64,000 nucleotides of DNA, taken from assembly GCA_963807055.1 (NCBI GenBank), contig CAWEAE010000005.1, positions 101,311-165,310 of the forward strand, read 5' to 3'. The stretch's first letter is position 1. Every line of letters starts with the position of its first letter. Source of the DNA: Terriglobia bacterium (GTDB lineage: Bacteria; Acidobacteriota; Terriglobia; Terriglobales; Acidobacteriaceae). The notes below the pieces were generated by a model. That model worked only from the letters and a program-made list of their open reading frames with translations. It did no database searches and was not told the origin of the DNA. The translations under genes were made by a program, and so were the position numbers. This document shows, piece by piece, positions 54,790 to 64,000 of this stretch.

Positions 54790-55857
54790 ATGAAACTCGC
54801 CCTGTGGCTTTCTTTCACGATTGCTCTGATCTGCTCCAACCTGGCTTCGCAAGAAGTCCCCAAGCCTGCCGAAGGCGATTTCATCGTCCACAACTTCCAG
54901 TTCAGATCTGGAGGCTCGCTGCCCGAACTCAAGCTGCACTACTCGACTTACGGCACCCCCGTACGTGACGCGAAGGGCCGCGTGACGAATGCCGTCATGG
55001 TTTTACACGGCACCGGAGGCTCAGGACATCAGTTCGTCAACGAGCGCTTTGCTGGAGTGCTCTTCGGCCCCGGTCAACTGCTCGATTCCAGCCGCTACTT
55101 CATCATCTTGCCGGACGCAATCGGTCACGGACAATCAAGCAAGCCGAGCGATAGCTTGCATGCCCGCTTCCCGCACTACGAATACGACGACATGGTCCAG
55201 GCTCAGTACTTGCTCCTGACAGAGGGACTGAAGGTCAATCACCTCCGCCTGCTGATGGGTACATCGATGGGCTGTATGCACTCCTGGATCTGGCTTGAAA
55301 CGCATCCTGATTTCACGGACGCCGCCATGCCGCTCGCCTGCCTGCCCGTCCAGATCGCCGGCCGCAATCGCATGTTTCGCAAGATGATCATGGACTCCAT
55401 CCGCCAGAGTCCCGACTGGAACAACGGTGACTACCAGCAGCAACCGCATGGGCTGCAAGGCGCGCTCAACACACTCCTCATCATGGGCAGCTCGCCGCTT
55501 CAGATGCAAAGGCACTATCCCACGCGCGATCAGGCCGATACTAATCTCGACGACTACATCACTTCGCGCCTGCGCACCACCGATGCCAACGATCTTCTCT
55601 ATGCTGTCGATTCCTCTCGCAACTACAATCCCTCTGCGAAGCTCGAAGAAATCACCGTCCCTGTGATGTTCGTGAACTCCGCCGACGATCAGATCAATCC
55701 ACCTGAATTGGGCATCGCCGAAAGGGAGATCAAGCACGTGAAGAAAGGGCAATTCGTTCTGCTCCCAATCACTGACGAGACTCGCGGCCACGGGACGCAC
55801 ACGCAAGCGGCAGTCTGGAAACAATACCTCGCCCAATTACTGGCGGAGAGCCAATAG
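54790..55857 (+). CDS. exported alpha/beta hydrolase (MetX/homoserine acetyltransferase-like fold)
   Basis: Signal peptide from the ATG at 54790 (MKLALWLSFTIALICSNLASQ), HGTGGSG, nucleophile elbow GTSMGC. The upstream part of ORF 54025..55857 is a shadow of the ABC exporter gene. Confidence 0.8.
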   Translation: MKLALWLSFTIALICSNLASQEVPKPAEGDFIVHNFQFRSGGSLPELKLHYSTYGTPVRDAKGRVTNAVMVLHGTGGSGHQFVNERFAGVLFGPGQLLDSSRYFIILPDAIGHGQSSKPSDSLHARFPHYEYDDMVQAQYLLLTEGLKVNHLRLLMGTSMGCMHSWIWLETHPDFTDAAMPLACLPVQIAGRNRMFRKMIMDSIRQSPDWNNGDYQQQPHGLQGALNTLLIMGSSPLQMQRHYPTRDQADTNLDDYITSRLRTTDANDLLYAVDSSRNYNPSAKLEEITVPVMFVNSADDQINPPELGIAEREIKHVKKGQFVLLPITDETRGHGTHTQAAVWKQYLAQLLAESQ

Positions 55858-55915
55858 AGACAGCGCACAAGAGCACATTCACGAAGCGTTAACATGGGTT
55901 TCTTACAATCCCCGC

Positions 55916-56278
55916 ATGCCTCCTTCCGACAAGCTGGTTGTCGAATCAATTTCCGGTTCTAACGCAGGTGAGTCGATCGTAAAGCTCACCGGACCTCTGG
56001 TCCTCAACACGCTCTTCGGATTTCAGGACACGATGCAGCAGCAGACCGCGACTCTCACGCTGGTTGATCTCAACGGCGTCCCCTATGTCGACTCCGCTGG
56101 CCTCGGCTCGCTGGTAAAGTTCTTCGTCTCCTACAAACGCCACGGGCGCAAGCTCATCCTCATCGCTCCCTCCGAGCAGGTGCAATCGTTGATGAGCATG
56201 ACGAAAGTCGAAACCCTGTTCGAGATTTATCCCAGCGTTGCCGATGCCGAACGCAGCACGGCCGCCAGCGCCTCGTAG
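55916..56278 (+). CDS. STAS-domain protein (anti-sigma factor antagonist-like)
   Basis: VDLNGVPYVDSAGLGSLVKFFVSYKRHGRKLILIAPSEQVQSLMSMTKVETLFEIY. Confidence 0.8.
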   Translation: MPPSDKLVVESISGSNAGESIVKLTGPLVLNTLFGFQDTMQQQTATLTLVDLNGVPYVDSAGLGSLVKFFVSYKRHGRKLILIAPSEQVQSLMSMTKVETLFEIYPSVADAERSTAASAS

Positions 56279-56603
56279 CGGCAACTCAGCTCGGCTCCAG
56301 ATGTGAACTGCCGTTCCCGTTGCGGAGTTAGCGGTACTCATCTAGTCGCTGGTCAACGCAGGACAACAGATTCCGTCTTGTTTCGTACGGATCTTATCTG
56401 CTAGCCACTTTACCGGTGGCCGACTACACGTCAAAGTGACCGCGAATTGGAAATCCGACTTCGCCGACGCCCAGCAACCGGGGTCTCGGACGGTGAGCCC
56501 TATCAATCGTCTTGCTGTGTATTCCATTTCTGACAGGTAAGTAGCTGCCTTTCCGAAACGCGAGACAAACCCTGCACATCTCTGACAGTTAAGGAGAAAA
56601 ATC

Positions 56604-57494
56604 ATGAATATTGCAGTTACCACCCCTACTGGCCACATCGGCAACAAACTCGCCAACATACTTCTTGACCGCAAGTCCGATGTCACGCTGATAGCCCGAC
56701 ATCCGGAGAAAGTGAAAGATCTAACCAGCCGTGGTGCAAAGGTCATCGCTGGTGAGCACAGCGATCCCGCGGTTGTTGAGCAGGCGCTGCGTGGCGCCGA
56801 CGCGCTGTTCTGGCTGACGCCTTCGGAGATGACTTCGCCCGATCCCTTGGGCACGGCCCGCCGCATGGCCGAGGCCGGAGCCAGCGTTATCCGCAAGCAT
56901 CCGGATCTGCATGTGGTTCACCTTTCAAGCGCAGGAGCATTCCTGCCGAGCGGCACAGGGCCGATTGTTGGACACTACGACACGGAAGAGAAGTTCCGCG
57001 CCGCCGGGAAGAACATCGTCTCGCTGCGCCCAAACGAGTTCATGGAGAACGTGTTTTTCTCGCTGCCGACGATCATCGGACAAGACAGCATCTACACTTC
57101 GATCCCAGGATCGGTGAAAGCGCCGTTTATTGCAACGCAGGACATCGCCGAGGTTGCCGCTGAGTTTCTGCTCAAGCCGATCGACGGACATCACGTGATC
57201 GATATCGTGGGCCCGCAGGAGATTTCGTTGGACGAGTGGGCTCGCATCGCCGGACAGGCCATCGGGAAACCAATCCGCGTGGTCACCATCCCGGGCGACA
57301 GGTTGAAGGCCGCAATGAGCCAAAGCGGAATGTCGCCGGAGATGGCAGCGCTGCTGGTTGAAATGGAAGAGGCCTACCCCAAAATACAGCAATTCAAAGG
57401 CGAACAAAAACGCACTGGCAAAGTTACATTCGCGCAATTTGCCCGCGAGGTGTTCGCGCCCGGATATAAGAGAGCCGTGCAATCGGCGGCGTAG
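56604..57494 (+). CDS. NmrA-family NAD(P)-binding protein
   Basis: MNIAVTTPTGHIGNKLANILL (Rossmann GxxGxxG-like), 296 aa. AAGGAG upstream. Confidence 0.85.
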   Translation: MNIAVTTPTGHIGNKLANILLDRKSDVTLIARHPEKVKDLTSRGAKVIAGEHSDPAVVEQALRGADALFWLTPSEMTSPDPLGTARRMAEAGASVIRKHPDLHVVHLSSAGAFLPSGTGPIVGHYDTEEKFRAAGKNIVSLRPNEFMENVFFSLPTIIGQDSIYTSIPGSVKAPFIATQDIAEVAAEFLLKPIDGHHVIDIVGPQEISLDEWARIAGQAIGKPIRVVTIPGDRLKAAMSQSGMSPEMAALLVEMEEAYPKIQQFKGEQKRTGKVTFAQFAREVFAPGYKRAVQSAA

Positions 57495-57504
57495 TCAGTA
57501 CCCA

Positions 57505-57537
57505 GTCCCGCACTTCGGGAAGTCCGATGTGCGGGAC
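57505..57537 (+). terminator. hairpin after the NmrA-family gene
   Basis: GTCCCGCAC(57505-57513)/GTGCGGGAC(57529-57537): 9-bp perfect stem, 15-nt loop, with a short T-run about 10 nt later. Confidence 0.4.
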
Positions 57538-57684
57538 CGGCTCGCGTGCTTTTCCGCTGGCCGTCAGGTCTCACCCAAGCTCTTCGATTTCTTCGTTCAA
57601 CTCGACAACAGGTTCGTGCGCCTGCTTCATCCCACCGTCAGCTTAAGACAGCTACAAATTAGAAAATGCAGACGAGGGTTCGTC

Positions 57685-59076
57685 ATGAGGACTCGTTTTT
57701 CTGCCGTCGCGCTCTCGGCAGCGCTATTGGCATTGTCTTCTTGTGTGGGTCTTACTCGAACGAATGGCGGTGGGCAAGCAGGCTCCATGCAGTCTGTGCA
57801 GCACATCATCTACATGGTCCAGGAGAATCGCAGCTTCGATCACTACTTTGGCCAGCTTGGTCAATATCGCGCCGCCAACAATTTTGGGCCCGCCTCCGAC
57901 ATCGACGGTTTACCCGCCACCGCCTGGAACGCCGCCGATAACGGCACCATCATCCACTCCTTCCACATGGCCACAACCTGCGTGGAAGAGCTAAGTGACG
58001 ATTGGATGGAAAGTCACGTCGATATGAACGAGAACCACCCCGGCTCCAGCACTATTCTGCTGGATGGCTTTGTGCACATCGCCGGCGGGTATGCTCTTGC
58101 CTTTGGTGAGTTGGACACGCTGGGCGTTCGCGCTATGGGCTACTACACTCAGGACGAGCTGCCCTACTACTACTTCCTCGCTTCTCAATACGCGACTTCC
58201 GATCGCTGGTTCTCTCCCGTTCCCACTGAAAGCATCCCGAATCGTATTTACCTGATCGGCGCCACTTCTGCCGGACACGCACACGCACCGACCGATACTT
58301 ACCCCTGCTGCGAGCCACAGATTCCGGAGACGATTTTCAGCGAGATGCAATCTGCGGGTGTCTCCTGGAAGATCTATTACACCGATACTCTGCCCGACGG
58401 TCAGCCCCTTACGGACCTGGGACAGTTCTGGCCTGATTTCGCCGCGCAGCACGCCGCCAACATTGTTCCTGTCAGCCAGTACTTCACCGACCTCGCGAAC
58501 AACACTTTGCCCCAGGTTTCATTCATTCAGGCGGGCCTCGCGTCCGGCCGCGACGAACATCCCGGTGGACAGACGACGCCTGGCGAAGGCGGCAACGATA
58601 TTCAAAAAGGCGCTCTCTACGTTTCCAGCCTCATCAATGGATTGATGAGCAGTTCGTCTTGGCCGAGTTCCGTTTTCATTCTCAGCTACGACGAAGGTGG
58701 TGGATTCTACGACCACGTGCCGCCGCAAGCGGCAGTTCAGCCCGACGGCATCAAGCCCTTGGATCTCATCCCCGATGATTCGATCATCAAGCCGCCAGCG
58801 AATTTCAATCAAACTGGTTTCCGCTTGCCCTTGATGGTGATATCACCATTCAGCAAGAGGCACTACGTCTCGCACACCGTTGCTGATTACACCGCGATCC
58901 TAAAGCTGATTGAGACTCGATTCGGTCTTCCCAATCTCACTCAACGCGACGCGGCGCAAATGGATATGTCGGAATTCTTCGACTTCACTGGCGTGCCATC
59001 GAGCAACGTTCCTATACCACCGGCACAACCCGTCGCTGGTCTTTGCAATCCGGCAAACCTCCCGGCATCGCCTTAA
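57685..59076 (+). CDS. phosphoesterase-family protein (phospholipase C / acid phosphatase AcpA family), lipoprotein-type signal
   Basis: From the ATG at 57685: MRTRFSAVALSAALLALSSC (lipobox), then IIYMVQENRSFDHYFG, the family hallmark. Confidence 0.85.
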   Translation: MRTRFSAVALSAALLALSSCVGLTRTNGGGQAGSMQSVQHIIYMVQENRSFDHYFGQLGQYRAANNFGPASDIDGLPATAWNAADNGTIIHSFHMATTCVEELSDDWMESHVDMNENHPGSSTILLDGFVHIAGGYALAFGELDTLGVRAMGYYTQDELPYYYFLASQYATSDRWFSPVPTESIPNRIYLIGATSAGHAHAPTDTYPCCEPQIPETIFSEMQSAGVSWKIYYTDTLPDGQPLTDLGQFWPDFAAQHAANIVPVSQYFTDLANNTLPQVSFIQAGLASGRDEHPGGQTTPGEGGNDIQKGALYVSSLINGLMSSSSWPSSVFILSYDEGGGFYDHVPPQAAVQPDGIKPLDLIPDDSIIKPPANFNQTGFRLPLMVISPFSKRHYVSHTVADYTAILKLIETRFGLPNLTQRDAAQMDMSEFFDFTGVPSSNVPIPPAQPVAGLCNPANLPASP

Positions 59077-59097
59077 ACAAAGTTGTAAGTAGAAAGG

Positions 59098-59129
59098 AAA
59101 AGGCCGCCCGGCAACTCAGGCGGCCTTTT
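59098..59129. terminator. bidirectional-type terminator hairpin
   Basis: AAAAGGCCGCC-N10-GGCGGCCTTTT. Confidence 0.75.
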
Positions 59130-59351
59130 CTCAAGGGAGAATAGTTCCAATTAGCGGCGACGAACCGACAATCAGAACTTGATGCCGAAATGTTAGTGAC
59201 CCCATGGAATCGGTGTCAAGAAAATTCTCAGCAGTAAATGCCTTTGTTTTCAACGATTTGCATTTACATTGCCGAAAAATATTCGAGCTTCTGCAACCGC
59301 CCCAATCGCCCCATAATTGACATAAACTGTCAGTTTTCAGGCGCTTAGGGC

Positions 59352-59389
59352 TAAAAACAGGGGCAAAAATCCCGTTTTGGATTCTGCCC
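59352..59389 (-). terminator. terminator-like hairpin downstream of the 59408..60475 gene
   Basis: On the minus strand: GGGCAGAATCC-AAAACG-GGATTTTTGCCC, followed by CTGTTTTT. Confidence 0.5.
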
Positions 59390-59407
59390 AAAATCGACAC
59401 CAAGTTG

Positions 59408-60475
59408 CTACTTGCGGAGGTTTAACTGGATGATTTCGACATCCTGCGTGCGATCGAAAATTCGGTCTGGCAGAATTTTTTTCGCCAATATCCGCAATCC
59501 GCCGAACGCAACCCCTGCCGCGAGAGAGATCGCCAGCAACCCGCTCAACAGAAGAACTACATTTACCAGCAGACTTCCAAGATTGTTGCTCTTCGTCAGA
59601 TGCGTCGCCTGGTTCCAGGTGACGTCCGCTTCGTAGTTCACCGACGCCAGCAACGATCTTGCTTCCGACGGAGAAACTGCACCGCTGACGATCGCGATGA
59701 GTGGACCGGTTCGCTTCGTGTAATACGCAGCTCTGCCATCGGAGGAACTTGGATTGGCTGCATCGATCTTCCTGAGTTGTGCGCCTGCAATCGCAGGTGT
59801 GGGATAAGAAATCAACGTCAGCTTAGCCAAGCCGTCTTCGCTCGCGTAATTCGCAGACATCACTTCCGCGCCTGCATCGAAATCGACCAGCTCAGCTGGC
59901 AATGGCATTTCGATCTTGCCCAACCCTACTGGCCCGACCACATATTTCTTATTGCCCTTCAATCCTTCTGTCGGAAGATAATTCGGCAGCGAAGGTAAGT
60001 TGCGGGCATTCCCTCCCGGCAATGGCAAATCGTTCGCCAACTCGCGCAACTCTCCCGCCGACATTGGGGTCACTCGATCAAGCGTCACGTCGACCAGAAC
60101 GTTTGCCCGATAGAAAACAACTCGCGTACCGTTCGAGAAGGCTTCATCACCAATCGTCTCGGACGCCACTTCCGGCGTGCGGTAGAAAAGGAATGATCCG
60201 TAAGCGCCAGAAGCATCAGCGAACCGCGCGGCCTTCACAGTAAGCTTGCGACCCTCTTTGGCATATGTCGCGGAATTCAGATCGGTGAATCCGAATTCCT
60301 TCAACAGCGCGCTGTTCACTGGGTCGGCCTGATTGGCATCGGTACTAACTTGAATGGAAGCCCTGTACCATCCCGCAAAAATTTTCGGCAGGAAATCGGA
60401 CTTGGATTGCTGCGCAAAACCTGAAGCTACAAACCCCAGGATCAACAAGAGACTACTTAGAAGATTGCGTTTCAT
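59408..60475 (-). CDS. exported hypothetical protein with a C-terminal membrane anchor
   Basis: Signal peptide MKRNLLSSLLLILGFVASGFAQ and a C-terminal TM segment (LGSLLVNVVLLLSGLLAISLAAGVAFGGL). No family recognised. Confidence 0.7.
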   Translation of the reverse strand: MKRNLLSSLLLILGFVASGFAQQSKSDFLPKIFAGWYRASIQVSTDANQADPVNSALLKEFGFTDLNSATYAKEGRKLTVKAARFADASGAYGSFLFYRTPEVASETIGDEAFSNGTRVVFYRANVLVDVTLDRVTPMSAGELRELANDLPLPGGNARNLPSLPNYLPTEGLKGNKKYVVGPVGLGKIEMPLPAELVDFDAGAEVMSANYASEDGLAKLTLISYPTPAIAGAQLRKIDAANPSSSDGRAAYYTKRTGPLIAIVSGAVSPSEARSLLASVNYEADVTWNQATHLTKSNNLGSLLVNVVLLLSGLLAISLAAGVAFGGLRILAKKILPDRIFDRTQDVEIIQLNLRK

Positions 60476-60711
60476 TCGAAGAGAAATAGCTCTTTATTAG
60501 ACTACAGGGGAGAAGCCAAAGTTCCAAACGGCTGGGCTTACTGCCGGCCGTTCGCAGTTCTGTATGGCTTTTTTCCCTGACAGTTCCTACTTCCCGAAAA
60601 GCATCGTAGAACCACGAGTCATAGTGGCTCTGAGCGCGGCGATGCGGAACCTATCTCTGTATTTGTGACAACCGCATGAAAGGAAATAACTTCGGCTGGC
60701 CTGCACCGGAC

Positions 60712-63261
60712 TTATTGCCCGGCTTTATCCGGAATCTTCGCCGCGACCTTAACCCCACTCAGACCGCCTACGTACTTGGCCACGCCTCGATAGAGCGACT
60801 CGGCAATCTTCTGCCGATATTCGGGGGTCTCTAGCTTGTGTTCGTCGCCCGGGTTCGAGATGAAGGAGATCTCCGCCAGGATAGAGGGCATGTTCGCGCC
60901 AATCAGAACTATGAAGGGCGCTTTCTTTACGCCACGGTCGCGCAGAGACGAGTTGCGGCTCGTCGCCAACCCCGTATAGAGCGACTGCTGCACGTCGGCG
61001 GCAAACTCGTGCGATTCCTCAATCTTCTCTTTGAGAGCGATTTTCTTAACCAGGTCCTGTAGCTCATGAATCGATTTCTCGGAAACCGCATTTTCGCGCG
61101 CCGCCACATCCAGCGCATCCCGCGAAGAAGTAAAGTTCAGGTAGTAGGTCTCCACTCCACGCGCTGAAGGATCTGGACTCGAGTTCGCGTGAATCGAGAT
61201 GAATAGGTCAGCTTCCTGCTGATTAGCGATCGCCGTCCGCGTCTCCAGCGGAACAAACGTGTCGTCGTCGCGCGTGTAAACCACCTCAGCGCCCATGCGC
61301 GAATCGAGCAGCTTTCCCAGCCGCAGCGCCACATCGAGCACCAGATCTTTTTCTCGCAGACCATTCGGACCAATCGTGCCCGTGTCGTGCCCGCCATGTC
61401 CTGCATCGACCACGATACGTCCAATCTTCAGCCCCAACGCCCGGATCAACGACCGATCGCCGTCCATCGTCGGCTTCGCTTCGCGAATAGCAAGCCTGTC
61501 CGCCGCCTGCCTCTTCACATGCGCATGCGAAGAACTCGTGCTCGACGAATCTGCTGCCAGCGCGTCGCTGAGTGACGACGTCGTTATGCCGGCAACCTCA
61601 ACACTGCGTTTTTGCGTGGTAGCCGGAGTCGCACTCTTTACTGGCGTTGGTGTGTCGTTGTCGTCTACCACAATGCGCGTCGGAAGCTCCGCAGTGCTTC
61701 CCTTCGAGGAACTCTTGTCTCCCGCCAGCGCCGTTACCTTGCGCGCAACTTCCTTTTCGAGAATCTGACGATCTCGTTCGGATGACTGCGCGTCCACCCT
61801 CTTCACTTGTGCCTGTGGCGCAGGCGCATCCGCCACTACTCTCGGACTGTTTGTAACCGTCGGCTTCGAGACAACAGTTTCGCTTGCAACCGTCTTTGCA
61901 GCGACGTTCACAGGAGTCTGTTGCTGTTTGGCTGCCGTTGTCACCGTGCTGATTGGAGTGGCTGGCGCCGCCTTCGCCGGAGCCTCAGCCTTCGCCGCGC
62001 TCGCCACCGGTATTGCCGGAGCCTTGGTGCTGGCCACCAGCTCCCGCTTGCTCGAGTCTTGCGCCGCCGACGCCACCGTCGCCGACTTCGGCTGCGACTT
62101 CGCCTGCAACTGCGCCGGCTTTCTTCCGTGAATATCGATGATCAGCCGATACGGGTTAGGCAATAGAAACGCTGAGTAGTCGTATGAGTCATCTACTTCC
62201 AGCACGATGCGCGCCTCGCCCGGGCGATACTGCGCCACGCGAATCTTGCGCAAGAAGCCGTCGCCGACTTCAAAGCTCTTGCCCAACAGCACCGACGCCA
62301 ACCGGCTGTCTTTCAGATCGAAGTAAATGCGATCCGGATGATCGATCCGCTCCGAGCTGTACTCCACGCTGTCTTCCAGGTCCACGGCAATCCGCGTGTA
62401 ATCCGGCGTCGACCAGTGCCGGATCCCCGTCACCAGCACGTGGTGTCCCGCGTGATGCTCGCTTGCGTCCGGAGTGTCCTGCTCTTCTCCGGCCACTACC
62501 GTAAGCTTCTGCTCAGCCGTTAATCCTGGCGGTGCTGATACGGGCGCCGCTGTCGCCGCCTTCGGCTGTGCGACCGCAGCTTCAATCTTGCGCTCGGGCT
62601 TTGTATTCTTCGCGACCGTTGCGGCCTGCTTCTTGTTCGCAGCCGCTTTCGGATTCGCTGCCTCATCCATTTCCTTCAACGCCAGACGTGCGCCCTCGGC
62701 GTTTTCCGAATTCGGATAGTGCTTCAGGAAGTCCTCAAACGTTTCCTTGGCCTTGGCGTCGTCGTTAAGGTCTTCGCGATAGATCTGTCCAATCGTGAAC
62801 AGCGCCTCTACCCGATACTTGCTCCCCGGATATTCACGGCGCACAAACTCGTACTGCCCAATCGCATCCTGCAGCGACTTGTCATCCTTGAAATTGCGCC
62901 CTTGATCGGCAAGCAACTCGGCCACAGCCACCACGGCAGCATCTGCCCGGTTCGACGTCGGCGCCAGATAGTAGACACGCCGGTAGGCGTCCATCACCTT
63001 CTGGTAATCGCGCTGCTTGCGCTCGCGGATCGGTGTGCCATTCAGTTCTTCGCGCAGTTCTTCCGCTCTTTCGAACTGTCCTCGCGCAATCTGTTTTTTC
63101 TGCTGAACGCTTGCGCCAAAAGCGGGAATTGCGAATACCGCTATGAGTGCGAACAAACTAGCTTTGCGGGCCCATTTGCTCACGGACGCGCTTGCGCTGG
63201 CCGTCTTACGATTGGACTGCTCCGAAGAATCCGATACCACCCTGGTCGACTGGGTCTTCAT
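60712..63261 (-). CDS. N-acetylmuramoyl-L-alanine amidase (Amidase_3) with an N-terminal TPR/YbgF-like region, an AMIN-like domain and a long low-complexity linker
   Basis: C-terminus IVVDAGHGGHDTGTIGPNGLREKDLVLDVALRL...FISIHANS...PSILAEISFISN. The middle has about 250 aa rich in A/P/T/S/V. The AMIN-like part reads VTGIRHWSTPDYTRIAVDLE...YRLIIDI. Confidence 0.88.
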   Translation of the reverse strand: MKTQSTRVVSDSSEQSNRKTASASASVSKWARKASLFALIAVFAIPAFGASVQQKKQIARGQFERAEELREELNGTPIRERKQRDYQKVMDAYRRVYYLAPTSNRADAAVVAVAELLADQGRNFKDDKSLQDAIGQYEFVRREYPGSKYRVEALFTIGQIYREDLNDDAKAKETFEDFLKHYPNSENAEGARLALKEMDEAANPKAAANKKQAATVAKNTKPERKIEAAVAQPKAATAAPVSAPPGLTAEQKLTVVAGEEQDTPDASEHHAGHHVLVTGIRHWSTPDYTRIAVDLEDSVEYSSERIDHPDRIYFDLKDSRLASVLLGKSFEVGDGFLRKIRVAQYRPGEARIVLEVDDSYDYSAFLLPNPYRLIIDIHGRKPAQLQAKSQPKSATVASAAQDSSKRELVASTKAPAIPVASAAKAEAPAKAAPATPISTVTTAAKQQQTPVNVAAKTVASETVVSKPTVTNSPRVVADAPAPQAQVKRVDAQSSERDRQILEKEVARKVTALAGDKSSSKGSTAELPTRIVVDDNDTPTPVKSATPATTQKRSVEVAGITTSSLSDALAADSSSTSSSHAHVKRQAADRLAIREAKPTMDGDRSLIRALGLKIGRIVVDAGHGGHDTGTIGPNGLREKDLVLDVALRLGKLLDSRMGAEVVYTRDDDTFVPLETRTAIANQQEADLFISIHANSSPDPSARGVETYYLNFTSSRDALDVAARENAVSEKSIHELQDLVKKIALKEKIEESHEFAADVQQSLYTGLATSRNSSLRDRGVKKAPFIVLIGANMPSILAEISFISNPGDEHKLETPEYRQKIAESLYRGVAKYVGGLSGVKVAAKIPDKAGQ

Positions 63262-64000
63262 TCCGTATTCGTAAACTTCACGACCCCACTAGCATCTCGC
63301 TCAACGCGAATCGGTGCGTACGAGGGAGCGAACAGCCCTCCACCGTAGATCTGTGTAATTTTTCGGACGTAATTTCGTGTTTCCGCGAACGGCGGCACCC
63401 CGTTGTTGCGCGCCACTGCGCCTTCACCAGCGTTATAGGCTGCGAGCGAAAGCTGGACATTGCCTCCGTAATTCGTAAGCAGCTTCTTCAGATGCCGGAC
63501 GCCCGCATCCACGTTCTGCCGCGGATCGAACGGATTCTTCACGCTCAGCGTCCGCGCCGTCTGCGGCATCAACTGCATCAGACCCATCGCTCCCGTTCGC
63601 GAAACCGCATTGCTGTTGTAATTCGATTCCACCTTGATGATGGCGCGCACCAGGTTCGGATCGACATTGTGCCGCTCGGCGGCTTCCGTAATCGCTTTAT
63701 CAATCTCATCCGCAGTCACCTGCCGTCCTACTGCCAGACTGCGGTAATTCGGATTGCTGTGCGCCGGACTGCCTTTCACGATCGGCTGTGCTGAAACGTA
63801 CTTCGAGACCTCCGCCGCTGCATTTCGCGCCGCGCTATACGCCGATCGCGTCGGAGCAGGGACCGGCTTCCACGTGTGCTCTGTATTGCTCCAATAGACA
63901 AGATCCGAGGAACGCTTGACTGGTATCTCGCGCGCTGCGGCCTGCTTAGGACCGGAATCCTCGTCGTTCACGTAGACAGTCTTGCCGTTCTCGGACACGG
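63258..64000 (-). CDS. lytic transglycosylase (SLT domain); probably continues beyond the right window edge
   Basis: NLVRAIIKVESNYNSNAVSRTGAMGLMQLMPQTA...LAAYNAGEGAV. Its stop overlaps the amidase start by 4 nt. No signal peptide is visible from the GTG at 63998, which suggests the N-terminus is outside the window. Confidence 0.85.
   Translation of the reverse strand, partial: VSENGKTVYVNDEDSGPKQAAAREIPVKRSSDLVYWSNTEHTWKPVPAPTRSAYSAARNAAAEVSKYVSAQPIVKGSPAHSNPNYRSLAVGRQVTADEIDKAITEAAERHNVDPNLVRAIIKVESNYNSNAVSRTGAMGLMQLMPQTARTLSVKNPFDPRQNVDAGVRHLKKLLTNYGGNVQLSLAAYNAGEGAVARNNGVPPFAETRNYVRKITQIYGGGLFAPSYAPIRVERDASGVVKFTNTE

Noticed and set aside
57505-57537. Recurrence of the 8-mer GTCCCGCA here and in the 4461-4555 repeat block, considered as a shared binding motif.
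   Set aside because: An 8-mer is expected to recur by chance about this often in 64 kb on both strands. There is no extended similarity around the matches.
59131-59403. 90-aa minus-strand ORF in the AT-rich spacer between the phosphoesterase gene and the 59408..60475 gene.
   Set aside because: There is no ribosome-binding site and the composition is unlike the neighbouring genes. It spans the terminator hairpin of the upstream minus-strand gene (59352-59389).

Overview
High-GC chromosomal segment, probably from an Acidobacteriota (Terriglobia-like) genome. The taxonomic guess is inference from three things: three VWFA-related acidobacterial-domain paralogs, a TonB-dependent receptor fused to a carboxypeptidase-regulatory-like domain, and several families of short intergenic REP-like repeats.

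Most of the window is housekeeping:
- a methylmalonyl-CoA mutase fragment
- glgC
- greB
- cmk, an unknown ORF and mutL
- aspS and hisS
- rpsU
- mtaB, infC, rpmI, rplT, pheS and pheT
- zapA
- lgt
- rluD
- a cell-wall amidase and a lytic transglycosylase

The accessory or unusual parts are:
1. A small islet at about 5.5-8.15 kb. It holds an orphan 286-aa ORF bracketed by two copies of a ~39-bp palindromic element, followed by an IS110-family element whose ~400-bp non-coding 3' flank is a candidate bridge RNA locus.
2. A five-gene operon made of an ECF sigma factor, an anti-sigma factor and three envelope proteins. The last three proteins share one paralogous two-helix membrane module, and the last also carries a DUF4097 beta-repeat domain.
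3. An orphan radical SAM enzyme with a SPASM/twitch-like C-terminus.
4. A ~200-nt intergenic element that folds into a long imperfect hairpin just downstream of zapA. It is compatible with a 6S RNA but this is unproven.
5. An orphan mglA GTPase next to three VWA paralogs that are split by a TetR/ABC-2 efflux operon.
6. REP-like repeats concentrated in the translation-gene cluster, including on both sides of an ICMT-family gene that separates pheS from pheT.
7. An infC gene that can only be full length if it starts at a non-canonical ATC or ATT codon.

I recognised no rRNA, tRNA or CRISPR array. Many long ORFs in the six-frame track are antisense shadow ORFs of real genes and were discarded. 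All product calls come from motif recognition by eye. No database search was run.
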